Positions 48,152 through 58,292 of a DNA stretch of 58,822 nucleotides are shown in pieces (the stretch's first letter is position 1; the number at the start of each line of letters is the position of its first letter). The DNA comes from Candidatus Paceibacter sp. (GTDB lineage: Bacteria; Patescibacteriota; Minisyncoccia; Phycocordibacterales; BOKC01), in contig DYGD01000001.1 in the NCBI GenBank assembly GCA_020724885.1, positions 7,018 to 65,839 on the forward strand, in the 5' to 3' direction. Under the pieces are notes generated by a model, which saw only the letters and a program-made list of their open reading frames with translations, was not told where the DNA came from and did not search any database. A program made the translations under genes and the position numbers.

Positions 48152-48185
48152 TGTTGTTGGTTGTAGAGGTTGTAGAGGTTGTTGG
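48152..48185. repeat. GGTTGTAGA 9-mer tandem repeat
   Basis: Fills the spacer between pilB and the four-helix-bundle gene; complementary to 47751-47770. Confidence 0.8.
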
Positions 48186-49934
48186 TTACTCGGAAATTAC
48201 TCTCAAAATTTCCTCAAGAGTAGTATAGCCCTGAACGGCCTTGAAAACACCGTCTTCAATCATTGTCATCATCCCTTCACGCTTGGCCTGATCTTCTATT
48301 TCTTTGTCGGTTTTATTCTGAAGAATCAATTCTTTGACAGCCGGAGAAACTTTCAAAACTTCATAGATGCCAACTCGACCACTGAAACCGTCCTCCGACT
48401 CTTCCCCCGCTTTTGGCTTATAAAAAGGAACCTCCTGCCATTTAGCTTTAGTGTCAACAATTTTTTCCTGTTTTAGGAAATCTAGGATTCTGTCCAAATC
48501 AACCATCTTGCCCAAATTTTCCAATTCGGCTTGGCTCAAAAAATACTTTTCTCTTTTGTCGGTCAATTTTCTTACCAACCGTTGAGCAATGACCACATTG
48601 ACAGTAGACACAATGAGAAAAGGTTCAATTTTCATATCTACCAACCTTGGAATAGCGCCGGCAGCCGAATTGGTATGCAAAGTAGACAACACCAAATGTC
48701 CAGTGAGAGCCGCATTGACTGCCAGAGAGGCGGTTTCGTTATCACGAATCTCGCCAACCATAATAATATCCGGATCTTGTCGGACAAGCGTCCTTAAACC
48801 GGCGACAAAAGTCAAACCGATTTCTGGTTTTACTTGAGTTTGGTTTACCCGATCCATTTGATATTCAACCGGATCTTCAATTGTGGAGATATTAACATCG
48901 GGTGTATTCAAAATCTCCAAAACAGAATAAAGAGTGGTGGTTTTGCCGGAACCGGTCGGACCGGTCGTTAAAATCATTCCGTTTGAAAGTCGTGTAGCGG
49001 CGTGTATCCGCTCCAACGCTTCGCCATGAAAACCAAGCGACTCCAAAGTAAAGCCGGAGGCGTTCTCCCGCAGAAGACGCATAACCGCTTTTTCGCCAAA
49101 ATAAACCGGCAAAGTAGAAACACGAAAAGAAACTTTTTCACCGGCCATGTCAATTCTAAATCTTCCATCTTGTGGCAGTCGTTTTTCGTCAAGTTTCAAA
49201 TTCGCCAAAACTTTAACTCTGGCGACGATGCTCAAAGCGACATTTTTGGGCAAAACCATGGCATCCCGCAAAATTCCATCTATCCGATATCGAACGACAA
49301 CCTGATTTTCCAAGGGCTCTATATGAATATCAGAGGCCTTTTGGATTATGGCGTGCTTTAGCAAAGTATCAACAATCCTGACCACCGGCAAATCTTCAGC
49401 CAGTTTTTTCAAGTCATCTCCTGACATTTCGCTCCCTTCTTCCGGCACCGTCTTCAAAGAGTCAGATTCTTTCCTTATAATTTCGCCGAATTCGGCTTTA
49501 AGCGATTTCTGATACTGGATCAAGGAATTCCTGATTGATTGTTCATCGGTCAATCTGGGCAAGATTTTTAAACCGACTTTTTTCTTGACGAAATCAATTG
49601 CCGGCAAGTCATTGGTATCGAGCATAGCGACTTCCAGAGAGTCACCGCCTTTCTTAAAAGCAATAATATTGTGACTTCTAGCAACCGGCTCGGGGATCAG
49701 GGACAAGGTTTCAAAATCAATTTTCTGATTTTTTAAATCTACATAAGGAATTCCCAGGACCATTGCTTGAATCCGGCGAATTTCATCCGGATTTAGAAGA
49801 TTCTTTTTCAAAAGAACCGCTTCCAAGCTTTCCTTATTTTTTTCAGCCAATTTTTCTGCCTCTTTTAGATCCTTCTGCGCAACAAGGCCGGAGTCGGCGA
49901 TAAATTCTTTTAATTGTTCGGGGTTAACAAACAT
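48186..49934 (-). CDS. pilB: type IV pilus assembly ATPase (GspE/PilB)
   Basis: ASDIHIEP, RLPQDGR, GPTGSGKTTTLY, RQDPDIIMVGEIRD and TGHLVLSTLHTN motifs. Confidence 0.95.
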   Translation of the reverse strand: MFVNPEQLKEFIADSGLVAQKDLKEAEKLAEKNKESLEAVLLKKNLLNPDEIRRIQAMVLGIPYVDLKNQKIDFETLSLIPEPVARSHNIIAFKKGGDSLEVAMLDTNDLPAIDFVKKKVGLKILPRLTDEQSIRNSLIQYQKSLKAEFGEIIRKESDSLKTVPEEGSEMSGDDLKKLAEDLPVVRIVDTLLKHAIIQKASDIHIEPLENQVVVRYRIDGILRDAMVLPKNVALSIVARVKVLANLKLDEKRLPQDGRFRIDMAGEKVSFRVSTLPVYFGEKAVMRLLRENASGFTLESLGFHGEALERIHAATRLSNGMILTTGPTGSGKTTTLYSVLEILNTPDVNISTIEDPVEYQMDRVNQTQVKPEIGLTFVAGLRTLVRQDPDIIMVGEIRDNETASLAVNAALTGHLVLSTLHTNSAAGAIPRLVDMKIEPFLIVSTVNVVIAQRLVRKLTDKREKYFLSQAELENLGKMVDLDRILDFLKQEKIVDTKAKWQEVPFYKPKAGEESEDGFSGRVGIYEVLKVSPAVKELILQNKTDKEIEDQAKREGMMTMIEDGVFKAVQGYTTLEEILRVISE

Positions 49935-50027
49935 ATCGTATGTTTAAAAATTATAACAAAATCTCCGCGAAAGCGGAGATTTTGTTGTGTATAGTTTATG
50001 AAATTTCCAAAACTTAGTTTTAAATCA

Positions 50028-50609
50028 CTAAGGCTGTTCCGGGCCCTGAGTGTCAAGAAATCTCAATTGAGGCAAACAACAGATCGCGGTGGCAGAGACC
50101 GAAGTCGATAACTGCGAACACTGGACTTCCCACCTCTGTTGGGTCGCGTGCGGTCTTGAATAATTAATTGTCCTATTTCCACAATCCCCGCCTCCGCCGG
50201 TCAAAATTTCTCCCGGGACACAAGAAACCGAGGCGGTTGAAGAATTAGAAGATATTCCAGACCTTCTCTGACAAGAGAAAGATTCAACTCCCGACCAGAC
50301 GGCTGCTCCCGCGCTATCTTCCGCCACTAAAACTTTCCCGGCCCCCGGTTCACCACCACCAATTGTTATCGTGCCGCCAAATTCAGCGGGGCCTTGAGCA
50401 AAAAAACCGCCTGCTGTGGCCAAAAAAGTATCAACCCAAAGCGTTCCGGTTTTTGTCTGCGTGCTATCGCCAACATTGACTGGGGCCGGAGTATTGCCGC
50501 CAAAAGGAGATTCAGTCGGACCTGCCCATTGGGCAAAAACAAAGCCAATACCGAAAGAAAACAAAACTCCTACGATTATAATTTTGATACTGTCAGTATA
50601 TTTTTTCAT
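50028..50609 (-). CDS. exported protein with Cys-rich C-terminal module
   Basis: Signal peptide, W.GPT..P.GGNT.APVN motif and C..GE..TGGG..C module. Confidence 0.65.
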   Translation of the reverse strand: MKKYTDSIKIIIVGVLFSFGIGFVFAQWAGPTESPFGGNTPAPVNVGDSTQTKTGTLWVDTFLATAGGFFAQGPAEFGGTITIGGGEPGAGKVLVAEDSAGAAVWSGVESFSCQRRSGISSNSSTASVSCVPGEILTGGGGDCGNRTINYSRPHATQQRWEVQCSQLSTSVSATAICCLPQLRFLDTQGPEQP

Positions 50610-50630
50610 GATAAAAAGTTAGGTAAATTA

Positions 50631-50975
50631 TTAATTTCTATTTAAACGATTTTCAATTATTTCTCTCTCTTCCGGCGAAAGAATTTTGGCTTCAACGTCA
50701 GCGCCCAAAACCTTTCTCTCAATTTCCCTTCTTTCATCCAACCCCAAATCCCTTCTAGCCCAGCCGGCAAGCAGGCGATTTTCAATTTCTTGGCGATCTT
50801 CCAGTGTTAAAATCCTTCTGCCTTCTTGAACTTCCACAAAAAAACTTGTTTCTGACTTAATTATAACAAGTAGCAAAATAACCGCCACCGAGATAGCGCT
50901 AAAAAGCGCCAAATAATACCACTTGACCCTCTTTAACCTTTTTTCCAATTCTTGTGAATAAGTTTTGTGAGTCAT
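50631..50975 (-). CDS. hypothetical single-pass membrane protein
   Basis: One transmembrane helix and three L..E.R.EIE repeats. Confidence 0.6.
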   Translation of the reverse strand: MTHKTYSQELEKRLKRVKWYYLALFSAISVAVILLLVIIKSETSFFVEVQEGRRILTLEDRQEIENRLLAGWARRDLGLDERREIERKVLGADVEAKILSPEEREIIENRLNRN

Positions 50976-51019
50976 AATTATCTCGACACAAATTCGTGGA
51001 TTGGTGCCAGGTTATTTTT

Positions 51020-52318
51020 CTAAATTTCTCTAAAGAACAAACCACCCGGGATAATAAATGTAACCGGACAATCATAAAATTCTATGCCTCCATCAACAGA
51101 GACCTGAGTAAATTTAGGCCCTACAGTGACATAAGAAACTTCGCAGGTTGATCCATCGCAGATATCCACCCCGCCATCACCACTCCAGACGTATTCATAT
51201 TCGTCTCTACCTCCTTCACCCCCTTCTCCTCCTCCACCTTCTAACACCTCCACCCTCCAGATAACAGTATCATAAAGGAAGAAAAATTTGCCCCCATAAA
51301 AACTCTCACCTTCAGCTGAACAAGTCACATCCGTCACATCCGGCGGCGGGTCTTGGGGGTCCGGCACTGTAAATCTCACTTCAGTTGTCTTATCTAACAG
51401 TGAACCTGAAACAATAAAAGAATATTGCCCGTCCGCAACCGACTCTCCAACACTTATTCTAAGGGTTATATTGCAATTAGGATTGCATGGGTTATCACCC
51501 TCAACCTGACTAACAAATATTCCATCAAAAGGATCGGAATTATAACCAATTGTCACCCCCTCTGAATTCCCACTTACAAGCTCTAGATTTACAGAAACAT
51601 CCGCAGAAGTTCCGGCTGGAATTGCTATTTCATAATCTGGAGAAGAGTTAGATATTGAGTAGTCAAAAATTTCCGACTGCGCGTCAGGCAATCCATACCA
51701 AACATTAGGCCAGGAATTGGTCCTGTCTCCAAAATAGAGCCAGCCGACCACCGGCCCGCCCCAAGTAGCACCAATCAATTTGCCCAAATTTGGATCATAA
51801 GTCACTCCGCCGTTTCCATCTAGCTGTGGAGAAGAATGATTATTGCCAGACATTGAAACCCAGCCATCCCAACCGTCGTCTGGGTCATCCGCTCCGGCTA
51901 AAAATCTAGCCCAACCTCTGACTTTACCGTCTCCGAAAACAATATTGGCGTTGACGGACTCGGTGCCAGAACCGGACGGAAAACTGGACAAACCGCCAAA
52001 CTGAAGCCAACCAATGTTGGAAGACCAAGCAGAGCCGGTTAAGTTGCCGGTTGAGCTATTTACCTGCACCGAATAATCAACCGAGCTGGGCGGACAATTT
52101 TCCGTCCCCTCCGACAAATTAACCTCGCAGGAATTAAAGCTGACCCAGCCGATATTAGAAGACCAAGCAGAGCCGTAAAGAGAAACATTTGAAGCCGGCA
52201 ATCCCCCGCCGATTTGGGCTTTGACAATATGATGACCAACAAAGAAGACAGAAACTGTGCTCAAAAAAACAGCGGAGAAAAACGAGGCGCGAAATAGATT
52301 CTCTCTCATCTTTTCCAT
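51020..52318 (-). CDS. exported protein with GSAWSSNIGW repeats
   Basis: Signal peptide, repeated G.AWS.NIGW motif, GWDGWVSM and Ig-like C-terminus. Confidence 0.7.
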   Translation of the reverse strand: MEKMRENLFRASFFSAVFLSTVSVFFVGHHIVKAQIGGGLPASNVSLYGSAWSSNIGWVSFNSCEVNLSEGTENCPPSSVDYSVQVNSSTGNLTGSAWSSNIGWLQFGGLSSFPSGSGTESVNANIVFGDGKVRGWARFLAGADDPDDGWDGWVSMSGNNHSSPQLDGNGGVTYDPNLGKLIGATWGGPVVGWLYFGDRTNSWPNVWYGLPDAQSEIFDYSISNSSPDYEIAIPAGTSADVSVNLELVSGNSEGVTIGYNSDPFDGIFVSQVEGDNPCNPNCNITLRISVGESVADGQYSFIVSGSLLDKTTEVRFTVPDPQDPPPDVTDVTCSAEGESFYGGKFFFLYDTVIWRVEVLEGGGGEGGEGGRDEYEYVWSGDGGVDICDGSTCEVSYVTVGPKFTQVSVDGGIEFYDCPVTFIIPGGLFFREI

Positions 52319-52359
52319 TAGTATAAATATACCCTAAAAAGAAAAAAGGGGAAGACACA

Positions 52360-52384
52360 AAGCCCCCGCTTAAGCGGGGGCTTT
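52360..52384 (-). terminator. intrinsic terminator
   Basis: AAGCCCCCGCT-TA-AGCGGGGGCTT hairpin. Confidence 0.7.
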
Positions 52385-52427
52385 GTTCGGGCAAGAGAGA
52401 TAGAGCTATGCCCGTAAAAACTCAAAT

Positions 52428-53003
52428 TTATCTAGCCGTACAACTCTTCCAAAGATTCAAGAATGCATTGAAGTCATCTTGGCCAACAACGCCATCGCTA
52501 TTGATATCAGCGGCGACATCCTTTTGAGACCAGACGTTTAGATAAGCTGTAAGATCTCTAGTGTCAATTGTGGCATCTTTGTTAAAGTCAGCAACGACAC
52601 ATTTTGTGATACTACCCGGATTCGGCTGGCATCCTTGTCGCCAAGCGGACATAAAGGCGCGGAAATCTGATCTATCAATAACCCCATCGCCATTGATGTC
52701 AGCCCTTATCTCTCTAGCAGTCCAATCACCCAAGAAAGCAATTATGTCTCTTGTATCAACGGCAGAATCGCCATTCCAATCAACAAAACAATCAGAGCCA
52801 CGAGTTCCGGTAAAAGAGCCGGAAGGCGCGACCTTAATAATACCGAGGTTTCCAGATTGAATTTTTATGGGGCTCACGGAATAAGGCGTAATTGATTTGG
52901 CTTTGTTTTCGCCAACTTCAGCCGCCGAAGCGGAACCAACAAAAGCGAATACCGCCATCAACAGAACAGTCAAACCAGACATAAAGATTATTTGTTTTTT
53001 CAT
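52428..53003 (-). CDS. secreted protein with two dockerin-like (EF-hand) modules
   Basis: Signal peptide; twice C..D.N.D..VDTRD..A....W......AD.N.DG V....DF.AF...W..(G/S)C. Confidence 0.8.
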   Translation of the reverse strand: MKKQIIFMSGLTVLLMAVFAFVGSASAAEVGENKAKSITPYSVSPIKIQSGNLGIIKVAPSGSFTGTRGSDCFVDWNGDSAVDTRDIIAFLGDWTAREIRADINGDGVIDRSDFRAFMSAWRQGCQPNPGSITKCVVADFNKDATIDTRDLTAYLNVWSQKDVAADINSDGVVGQDDFNAFLNLWKSCTAR

Positions 53004-53138
53004 AATATAATCTTATAATTAATAAGATAATTTCGCACGATACTTAACCTCGACCAAATCTAAAGACGGACAGAGCTGGAGATGCTTACATTAAACTTGA
53101 CCCAAAAAATGATTTAGGGTATCATAAAATTACTGATG

Positions 53139-53166
53139 GTTCGCCCGAAAGGCGAACTTAATTTTT
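53139..53166 (+). promoter_or_regulatory. nusA leader hairpin
   Basis: GTTCGCC-CGAAA-GGCGAAC plus an interrupted T-tract, between TTGACC..TATCAT and nusA. Confidence 0.55.
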
Positions 53167-53184
53167 AAAAATTCAACACAAAAT

Positions 53185-54372
53185 ATGTTTGATCTAAAAG
53201 TAATAAATTCCGTTCTGGAACAACTGGAACAGGAAAGGGGTATACCCAGAGAAAAAGCTCTTGAGGCCATAGAGGCGGCGCTGGCCACTGCATATAAAAA
53301 AGAATACGGCGAACGTGGCCAAATCATAAAAGCTGAATTCAACCCGCAAAATGGCGAAGTCAGATTCTCTCAAGTAAAAGTGGTAATGGACAAAAATATC
53401 GCGACAGAAGACAAAGAAGAATTTGAAGAAATTTTGACAGCCAGAAGGGAAGACGATGGAGGAGACGAGAGGCCGACGAAAGAATTATTCAACCCCGAAC
53501 ACCATATTTGGATTGAAGACGCGAAAAAAGTAAAAAAAGACGTGGAGATCGGTGAAGAACTGACATTTCCCTTGGAAACCAAGGGCGAATTTGGCCGAAT
53601 CGCTTCCCAAACTGCCAAACAAGTAATTATCCAGAAAATCAGAGAGGCCGAGAAAATTTCTGTACTGAAGGAGTACGGGGAGCAGGAAGGAGAAATAATA
53701 AGTGGCACCGTTCAGAGAATAGAGAGAGGTAGTGTTTTTATTGATGTGGGCAAAGCAACCGGTATCTTGTCTTATGAAGATCAAATCCCAGGCGAGAGAT
53801 TCTCGCAAGGAGAACGGGTACGGGCTTTCCTCTACAAAGTAGAGGAAAGCCCGAGAGGTGTTTTTTTACGCCTGTCTCGCACCAACCCGAAATTCCTAGA
53901 AAAACTTTTTGAAATGGAAGTGCCTGAAATCAGCGCGGGAATAGTAGTCGTAAAAAATATTGCCAGAGAAGCCGGTTCCCGCTCAAAAATAGCGGTGGTC
54001 TCAAAAGACGAACACATTGACCCAGTCGGTTCAATGGTCGGGCAAAGAGGCGTCAGGGTTTCCACAGTTATGTCCGAACTTGGGGGCGAAAAGGTTGATA
54101 TAATAGAGTGGTCAGAAGACCCGAAGAAATTTGTTGAGGATGCTTTGTCACCGGCCAAAGTGATAGAAGTGGAAGTTGAAGAAGGGGAGAACAAAGCCGT
54201 AGCTCTAGTAACGGAAGACCAGCAATCACTGGCAATTGGGCGAGGTGGACAAAACGTCCGTTTGGCCGCTAAACTGACAGGTTGGAAAATAGACGTCAGA
54301 TCAACCAAGGGAGAAAATCTGGCCGAGGCCGATGTCTCCGGAAAAACCGAGATAAAAGAGCAAGAAATTTAA
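53185..54372 (+). CDS. nusA: transcription factor NusA
   Basis: FGRIASQTAKQVI.QK.REAE, AREAGSRSKIAV and AIGRGGQNVRLAAKLTGW motifs. Confidence 0.98.
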   Translation: MFDLKVINSVLEQLEQERGIPREKALEAIEAALATAYKKEYGERGQIIKAEFNPQNGEVRFSQVKVVMDKNIATEDKEEFEEILTARREDDGGDERPTKELFNPEHHIWIEDAKKVKKDVEIGEELTFPLETKGEFGRIASQTAKQVIIQKIREAEKISVLKEYGEQEGEIISGTVQRIERGSVFIDVGKATGILSYEDQIPGERFSQGERVRAFLYKVEESPRGVFLRLSRTNPKFLEKLFEMEVPEISAGIVVVKNIAREAGSRSKIAVVSKDEHIDPVGSMVGQRGVRVSTVMSELGGEKVDIIEWSEDPKKFVEDALSPAKVIEVEVEEGENKAVALVTEDQQSLAIGRGGQNVRLAAKLTGWKIDVRSTKGENLAEADVSGKTEIKEQEI

Positions 54373-54379
54373 TCAAAAT

Positions 54380-54907
54380 ATGAATCTTCTACACGACATA
54401 GCGCCCGGCAGCATTGAAAAGATGAATGTCATCGTGGAAATTCCGCGCGGATCAAAAAACAAATACGAAATTGACAAAGAAACCGGCCTGATCGCCCTAG
54501 ATCGGACAATGCACACCGCCCAGGACTACCCGGTTGATTATGGTTTTGTACCTCAAACTCTTTGGGACGACAATGATGCTCTGGATGTAATTGTTTTAAC
54601 GACTTTTCCATTAATGCCGGGAATTTTGGTCCGAGCTAGACCGGTGGCTATTTTGAATATGACCGACGATGGCGACAATGACGACAAAGTAATCGCCGTG
54701 CCAACCGACGATCCGCGGTTTGCCGAAACACACGACCTCGCCGACATAAACAAGCACACCCTGAAAGAGATCGAGCACTTTTTTTCTACTTACAAAAAAC
54801 TCCAGAACAAAGAAGTCGCGGTTTTGGGCTTCAAGGGTAGAGACGAGGCACAAAAGGCCTTTTTGAAATCGATTGAATTATACAAAAATAAATCCAGCCA
54901 AAAATGA
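54380..54907 (+). CDS. ppa: inorganic pyrophosphatase
   Basis: EIPRGSKNKYE.DK, YP.DYGF.PQT..DD.D.LD and HFF..YK motifs. Confidence 0.96.
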   Translation: MNLLHDIAPGSIEKMNVIVEIPRGSKNKYEIDKETGLIALDRTMHTAQDYPVDYGFVPQTLWDDNDALDVIVLTTFPLMPGILVRARPVAILNMTDDGDNDDKVIAVPTDDPRFAETHDLADINKHTLKEIEHFFSTYKKLQNKEVAVLGFKGRDEAQKAFLKSIELYKNKSSQK

Positions 54908-55023
54908 GTAAGAGATTGCCGACTAATTCGTCTTAACTAACGCAAAGATTGCTTTTCCAAAAGCGAATCAAAATTAAATTATTAGCATTAATAACATCGT
55001 TTATTATTAACCAACAGAAAACT

Positions 55024-56064
55024 ATGAAAAAGATTTTTCTTTTTGCTTTATTGGGAGTAATTATATTAGGCGCCCCGGTTTACGCTGAAGAGACCGAAGC
55101 CCCATCTCACCGAATTGAAGGAGAGATGGAGAGAACGCTTGATACAACTACGATTTTTAACCCCGAAGAAGACGCTTCCGGTGTCAGACCAAACGTCGTG
55201 AACCCCGGACAGCCGGCGGCAATCACTCCCGGAAGAATCGCCCCAGCCCCGGGACGACTAGCCCCAGGCAGAGTTAACCTAACGCAAATATCGACCCTGA
55301 TTCCGTCTGAAGACAGAATCTTTGGTGATTTAAACGGCGATGGTCATGTGGATTTCACCGATTTTAAAATCCTAGTTGAGTCGTTTGGGCCATGCTCACT
55401 TTTAAAATCAAGTTGCCCGGCCGATCTAAATGACGACAAAACCGTAAACACCCTGGACGCTCTTCTACTCCTGAACAATTTTACTCGTTATGGAGATGAT
55501 ATGCCCGGGATTGCTTCGTCGCTAGAAAGATGCCAGTCCATAAGAACAGCCGAACTACAGAGAAGGTGTTTGTCGGTCTCAATGCAAGAGGCAGAAGTGT
55601 CATTAAGGGCCAAGAATGTAGCCCCGATTTTGGCAGAAAGAATGGCTATGAGGGCCGAGAACGCCGAAAGCGCCCCAGAGCAAGTAGGTGTGAGAGTTGA
55701 AATGCGGGTTAGAGCTTATCTGGGCTATATGAGCAATATGCTTATCAGAATGACCGCCGCTATTGAGAGATTGGAAGGTTTGGCAGACAGAATTGATTCC
55801 CGAATCCAAAAAATTGAAGCGGAGAGTGGTGCTGACTTATCAAATGCCAAAAGCGTTTTAACAGAAGCCAGGAGGCAAATTGAAATAGCCAAAGCCAGCC
55901 ATGCCACGGTTTCTCAAAATTACGAAGAAATTCTCGAAGGCGAAAACCTGACCGAAGAATTTGCCAGAATCAGAGAACTGGTGCAAAAATTGAGAGATGA
56001 AATCAAAAATGTTCACCAATCTCTGGTTGGTGTTATCAACATTATCGGATCCAGTATTAATTAA
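55024..56064 (+). CDS. exported protein with a dockerin-like module and coiled-coil C-terminus
   Basis: MKK signal peptide at 55024; GDLNGDGHVDFTDF...CPADLNDDKTVNTLD. Confidence 0.75.
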   Translation: MKKIFLFALLGVIILGAPVYAEETEAPSHRIEGEMERTLDTTTIFNPEEDASGVRPNVVNPGQPAAITPGRIAPAPGRLAPGRVNLTQISTLIPSEDRIFGDLNGDGHVDFTDFKILVESFGPCSLLKSSCPADLNDDKTVNTLDALLLLNNFTRYGDDMPGIASSLERCQSIRTAELQRRCLSVSMQEAEVSLRAKNVAPILAERMAMRAENAESAPEQVGVRVEMRVRAYLGYMSNMLIRMTAAIERLEGLADRIDSRIQKIEAESGADLSNAKSVLTEARRQIEIAKASHATVSQNYEEILEGENLTEEFARIRELVQKLRDEIKNVHQSLVGVINIIGSSIN

Positions 56065-56082
56065 AAAAATAACCAACAAAAT

Positions 56083-56415
56083 ATGGACAATTTCGGAACA
56101 AATCAAACAAATCCCGGATCGCCGGTACCGGGAAACAAGTCGGCGAAATCTTCTTTGGGACCGACTATTGGGCTTATTATTATCTTGGCTATGATAATCA
56201 TCGGCAGTTTGTATTTCTTCGTGAATGACAACGGAACGCTTCGGCCGACATCAGACGAGCCGAATGTAACCGACATTGAAAGAGAACTCGGGGATTTGAG
56301 GAATCTTGATGAGTCCGATGAGTTATCTGCCATTATGGCAGACCTTGAGGCCACCAACTTGGACAATCTGGATGCCGAGCTTGATGCCGCCGAGCAAGAA
56401 TTGTCCGAACTTTAA
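56083..56415 (+). CDS. hypothetical single-pass membrane protein with acidic tail
   Basis: GP.IG.IIIL..II.G.LYF transmembrane helix and SDE..AI.ADL motif. Confidence 0.7.
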   Translation: MDNFGTNQTNPGSPVPGNKSAKSSLGPTIGLIIILAMIIIGSLYFFVNDNGTLRPTSDEPNVTDIERELGDLRNLDESDELSAIMADLEATNLDNLDAELDAAEQELSEL

Positions 56416-56434
56416 AACAAAAAAATAAAAGTTC

Positions 56435-56470
56435 AAAACCGCCCCGACTTGCGTCGGGGCGGTTTTGTTT
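56435..56470 (+). terminator. intrinsic terminator
   Basis: AAAACCGCCCCGAC-TTGC-GTCGGGGCGGTTTT. Confidence 0.8.
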
Positions 56471-56564
56471 TGCAGGCAAAAACTTGAAAGTCGGCGACAA
56501 AAAAGATATAGTGCCTTGAATTACGAAACCCCTATTTCGTGATTCAAGATGTAATACACCAAAT

Positions 56565-57578
56565 ATGAATAACAAAGTTTTTCAAGCAACCATAAACAAG
56601 CTCGCAAATTCCGAAATGGAAATCATTTTGGAAATCAACAAAGATAAGCTGGAAGAAAGGCGGGCAAAAATACTCAAGCAATACGCCGAAAACACCGAAC
56701 TGCCCGGCTTTCGCAAAGGTAAGGCGCCGGAAAATCTCATTGTCGAGCGTGTCGGTGAAATCAAAATCCTTGAAGAAGCGGCTGAAGAAACCGTTCGGGA
56801 AATTTATCCGCAGGTCTTAGCCGAGCATCAGATCCAAGCCATCGGCCGGCCGGATGTCTCAATCACCAAACTGGCGCGCGGCAACGAGCTTGGAGTAAAA
56901 ATCAAAACAGCGGTGGTGCCGGAAGTAAAACTCGCCGATTACAAAAAAATCGCAACTGAAGATAAAAGTGTTGTCCAAGAAAATCCGGAAATCACCGACG
57001 AAGAGGTGGAAAAAGTTATTGAATCGGTGCAACAAGCGCGCAAGGACGGAGAAGGGAAGGTGCCAGAAATAGATGACGACTTCGCGCGGGAGCTCGGCAA
57101 CTTTGCCGACTTGGCAGATCTCAAACAAAAAATCAGAGAAAATTTGCGCCGAGATAAAAAACACCGAGAAAAAAGCAAAAAGCGAACAGCCATAATAGAC
57201 AAAATCATCAACAGCTCGAAAATTGAACTACCGGAAATTTTGGTTGCAAGCGAACTTGAAAAGATGCTGGCGGAATTTAAAGAACAGATTGAATCTGCCG
57301 GAATGGCCTTCAAAGATTATTTGGACAAAATTAAATCCGACGAAGAAAAGATCCGGAAAGATTGGCGTCCACAAGCGGAAAAAAGAGCCCAAGGCCAACT
57401 TGTTTTAAACAAAATTGCTGCCGTGGAAAACATCACTGCCGACCCAAAAATTCTTGAACAGGAAGTTGAAAAAATTATGCGCGAGTATCCGAGCGCCGAC
57501 AGAAGCCGCGCCGAAATTTTTGTTGAAACTATTCTAATCAACAACGCCGTGTTGGAGTTTCTGGAAAAGCAGGAGTAA
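56565..57578 (+). CDS. tig: trigger factor (no FKBP domain)
   Basis: PGFRKGKAP motif; only 337 aa, with the N-domain joined directly to PEIDDDFA. Confidence 0.92.
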   Translation: MNNKVFQATINKLANSEMEIILEINKDKLEERRAKILKQYAENTELPGFRKGKAPENLIVERVGEIKILEEAAEETVREIYPQVLAEHQIQAIGRPDVSITKLARGNELGVKIKTAVVPEVKLADYKKIATEDKSVVQENPEITDEEVEKVIESVQQARKDGEGKVPEIDDDFARELGNFADLADLKQKIRENLRRDKKHREKSKKRTAIIDKIINSSKIELPEILVASELEKMLAEFKEQIESAGMAFKDYLDKIKSDEEKIRKDWRPQAEKRAQGQLVLNKIAAVENITADPKILEQEVEKIMREYPSADRSRAEIFVETILINNAVLEFLEKQE

Positions 57579-57735
57579 AATATAATCTACCTGATTATTC
57601 TAAAGAAGCGCCGAGTCCAATTTCAACTTAGTCATTGGTGCTTGGTCATTGGGAATTCTTTAGGTCAATTAGGCCTGCCCCGTACCGAGCTTTGCTCTGG
57701 TACCGGGGTTAATTAGAATAATTTTTAATATTTTT

Positions 57736-58206
57736 ATGTTAAACAAAAATCTAAATACCAAAGCCGGTTTCACTTTAATAGAGGTTCTCATCGTCATCGG
57801 TATTTTGGCGATCTTGGCTGGCATTGTTTTGGTCGCCATCAATCCGGGCCGGCAGTTCGCCCAAGCCCGCGACACTCAAAGAGCCAGCGCCGTCCACGCT
57901 ATTCTAAACGCTATCGGCCAAAATATGGCAGAAAATCGCGGCACTCTTGATTGTGAAAATGTAGAGATTCCCGAAGGAGAAGAACAAGCTAAAGAAATTT
58001 CTTCAGATTCGGAAAGTGGTGTGGACTTGTATGACTGTCTTGTTCCAAACTATCTAGCCGAGTTGCCGGTTGATCCGGAAGAAGGCGCTATGAATAAAAA
58101 TACTGGCGAATACGACACCGGCTATCAAATCTTCAAATCCGCGGGCGACCGAATCACCATCACCGCCCCTCACGCCGAGTTAGACGACATTTCGGTGACG
58201 AGGTAG
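57736..58206 (+). CDS. type IV pilin
   Basis: AG-FTLIEVLIVIGILAILA, AINP..Q...ARD..R and YL.ELP.DP motifs. Confidence 0.9.
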   Translation: MLNKNLNTKAGFTLIEVLIVIGILAILAGIVLVAINPGRQFAQARDTQRASAVHAILNAIGQNMAENRGTLDCENVEIPEGEEQAKEISSDSESGVDLYDCLVPNYLAELPVDPEEGAMNKNTGEYDTGYQIFKSAGDRITITAPHAELDDISVTR

Positions 58207-58215
58207 GTTTTTAAT

Positions 58216-58262
58216 TCAACCCCCCGTCCCGCTGAAGCGGGACGGGGGGTTTGATTTTTTTA
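58216..58262. terminator. terminator between convergent genes
   Basis: TCAACCCCCGTCCCGCT-GA-AGCGGGACGGGGGTTGA. Confidence 0.8.
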
Positions 58263-58292
58263 CTTTTTACTCGCTACTTTCTACTTGTTAAC

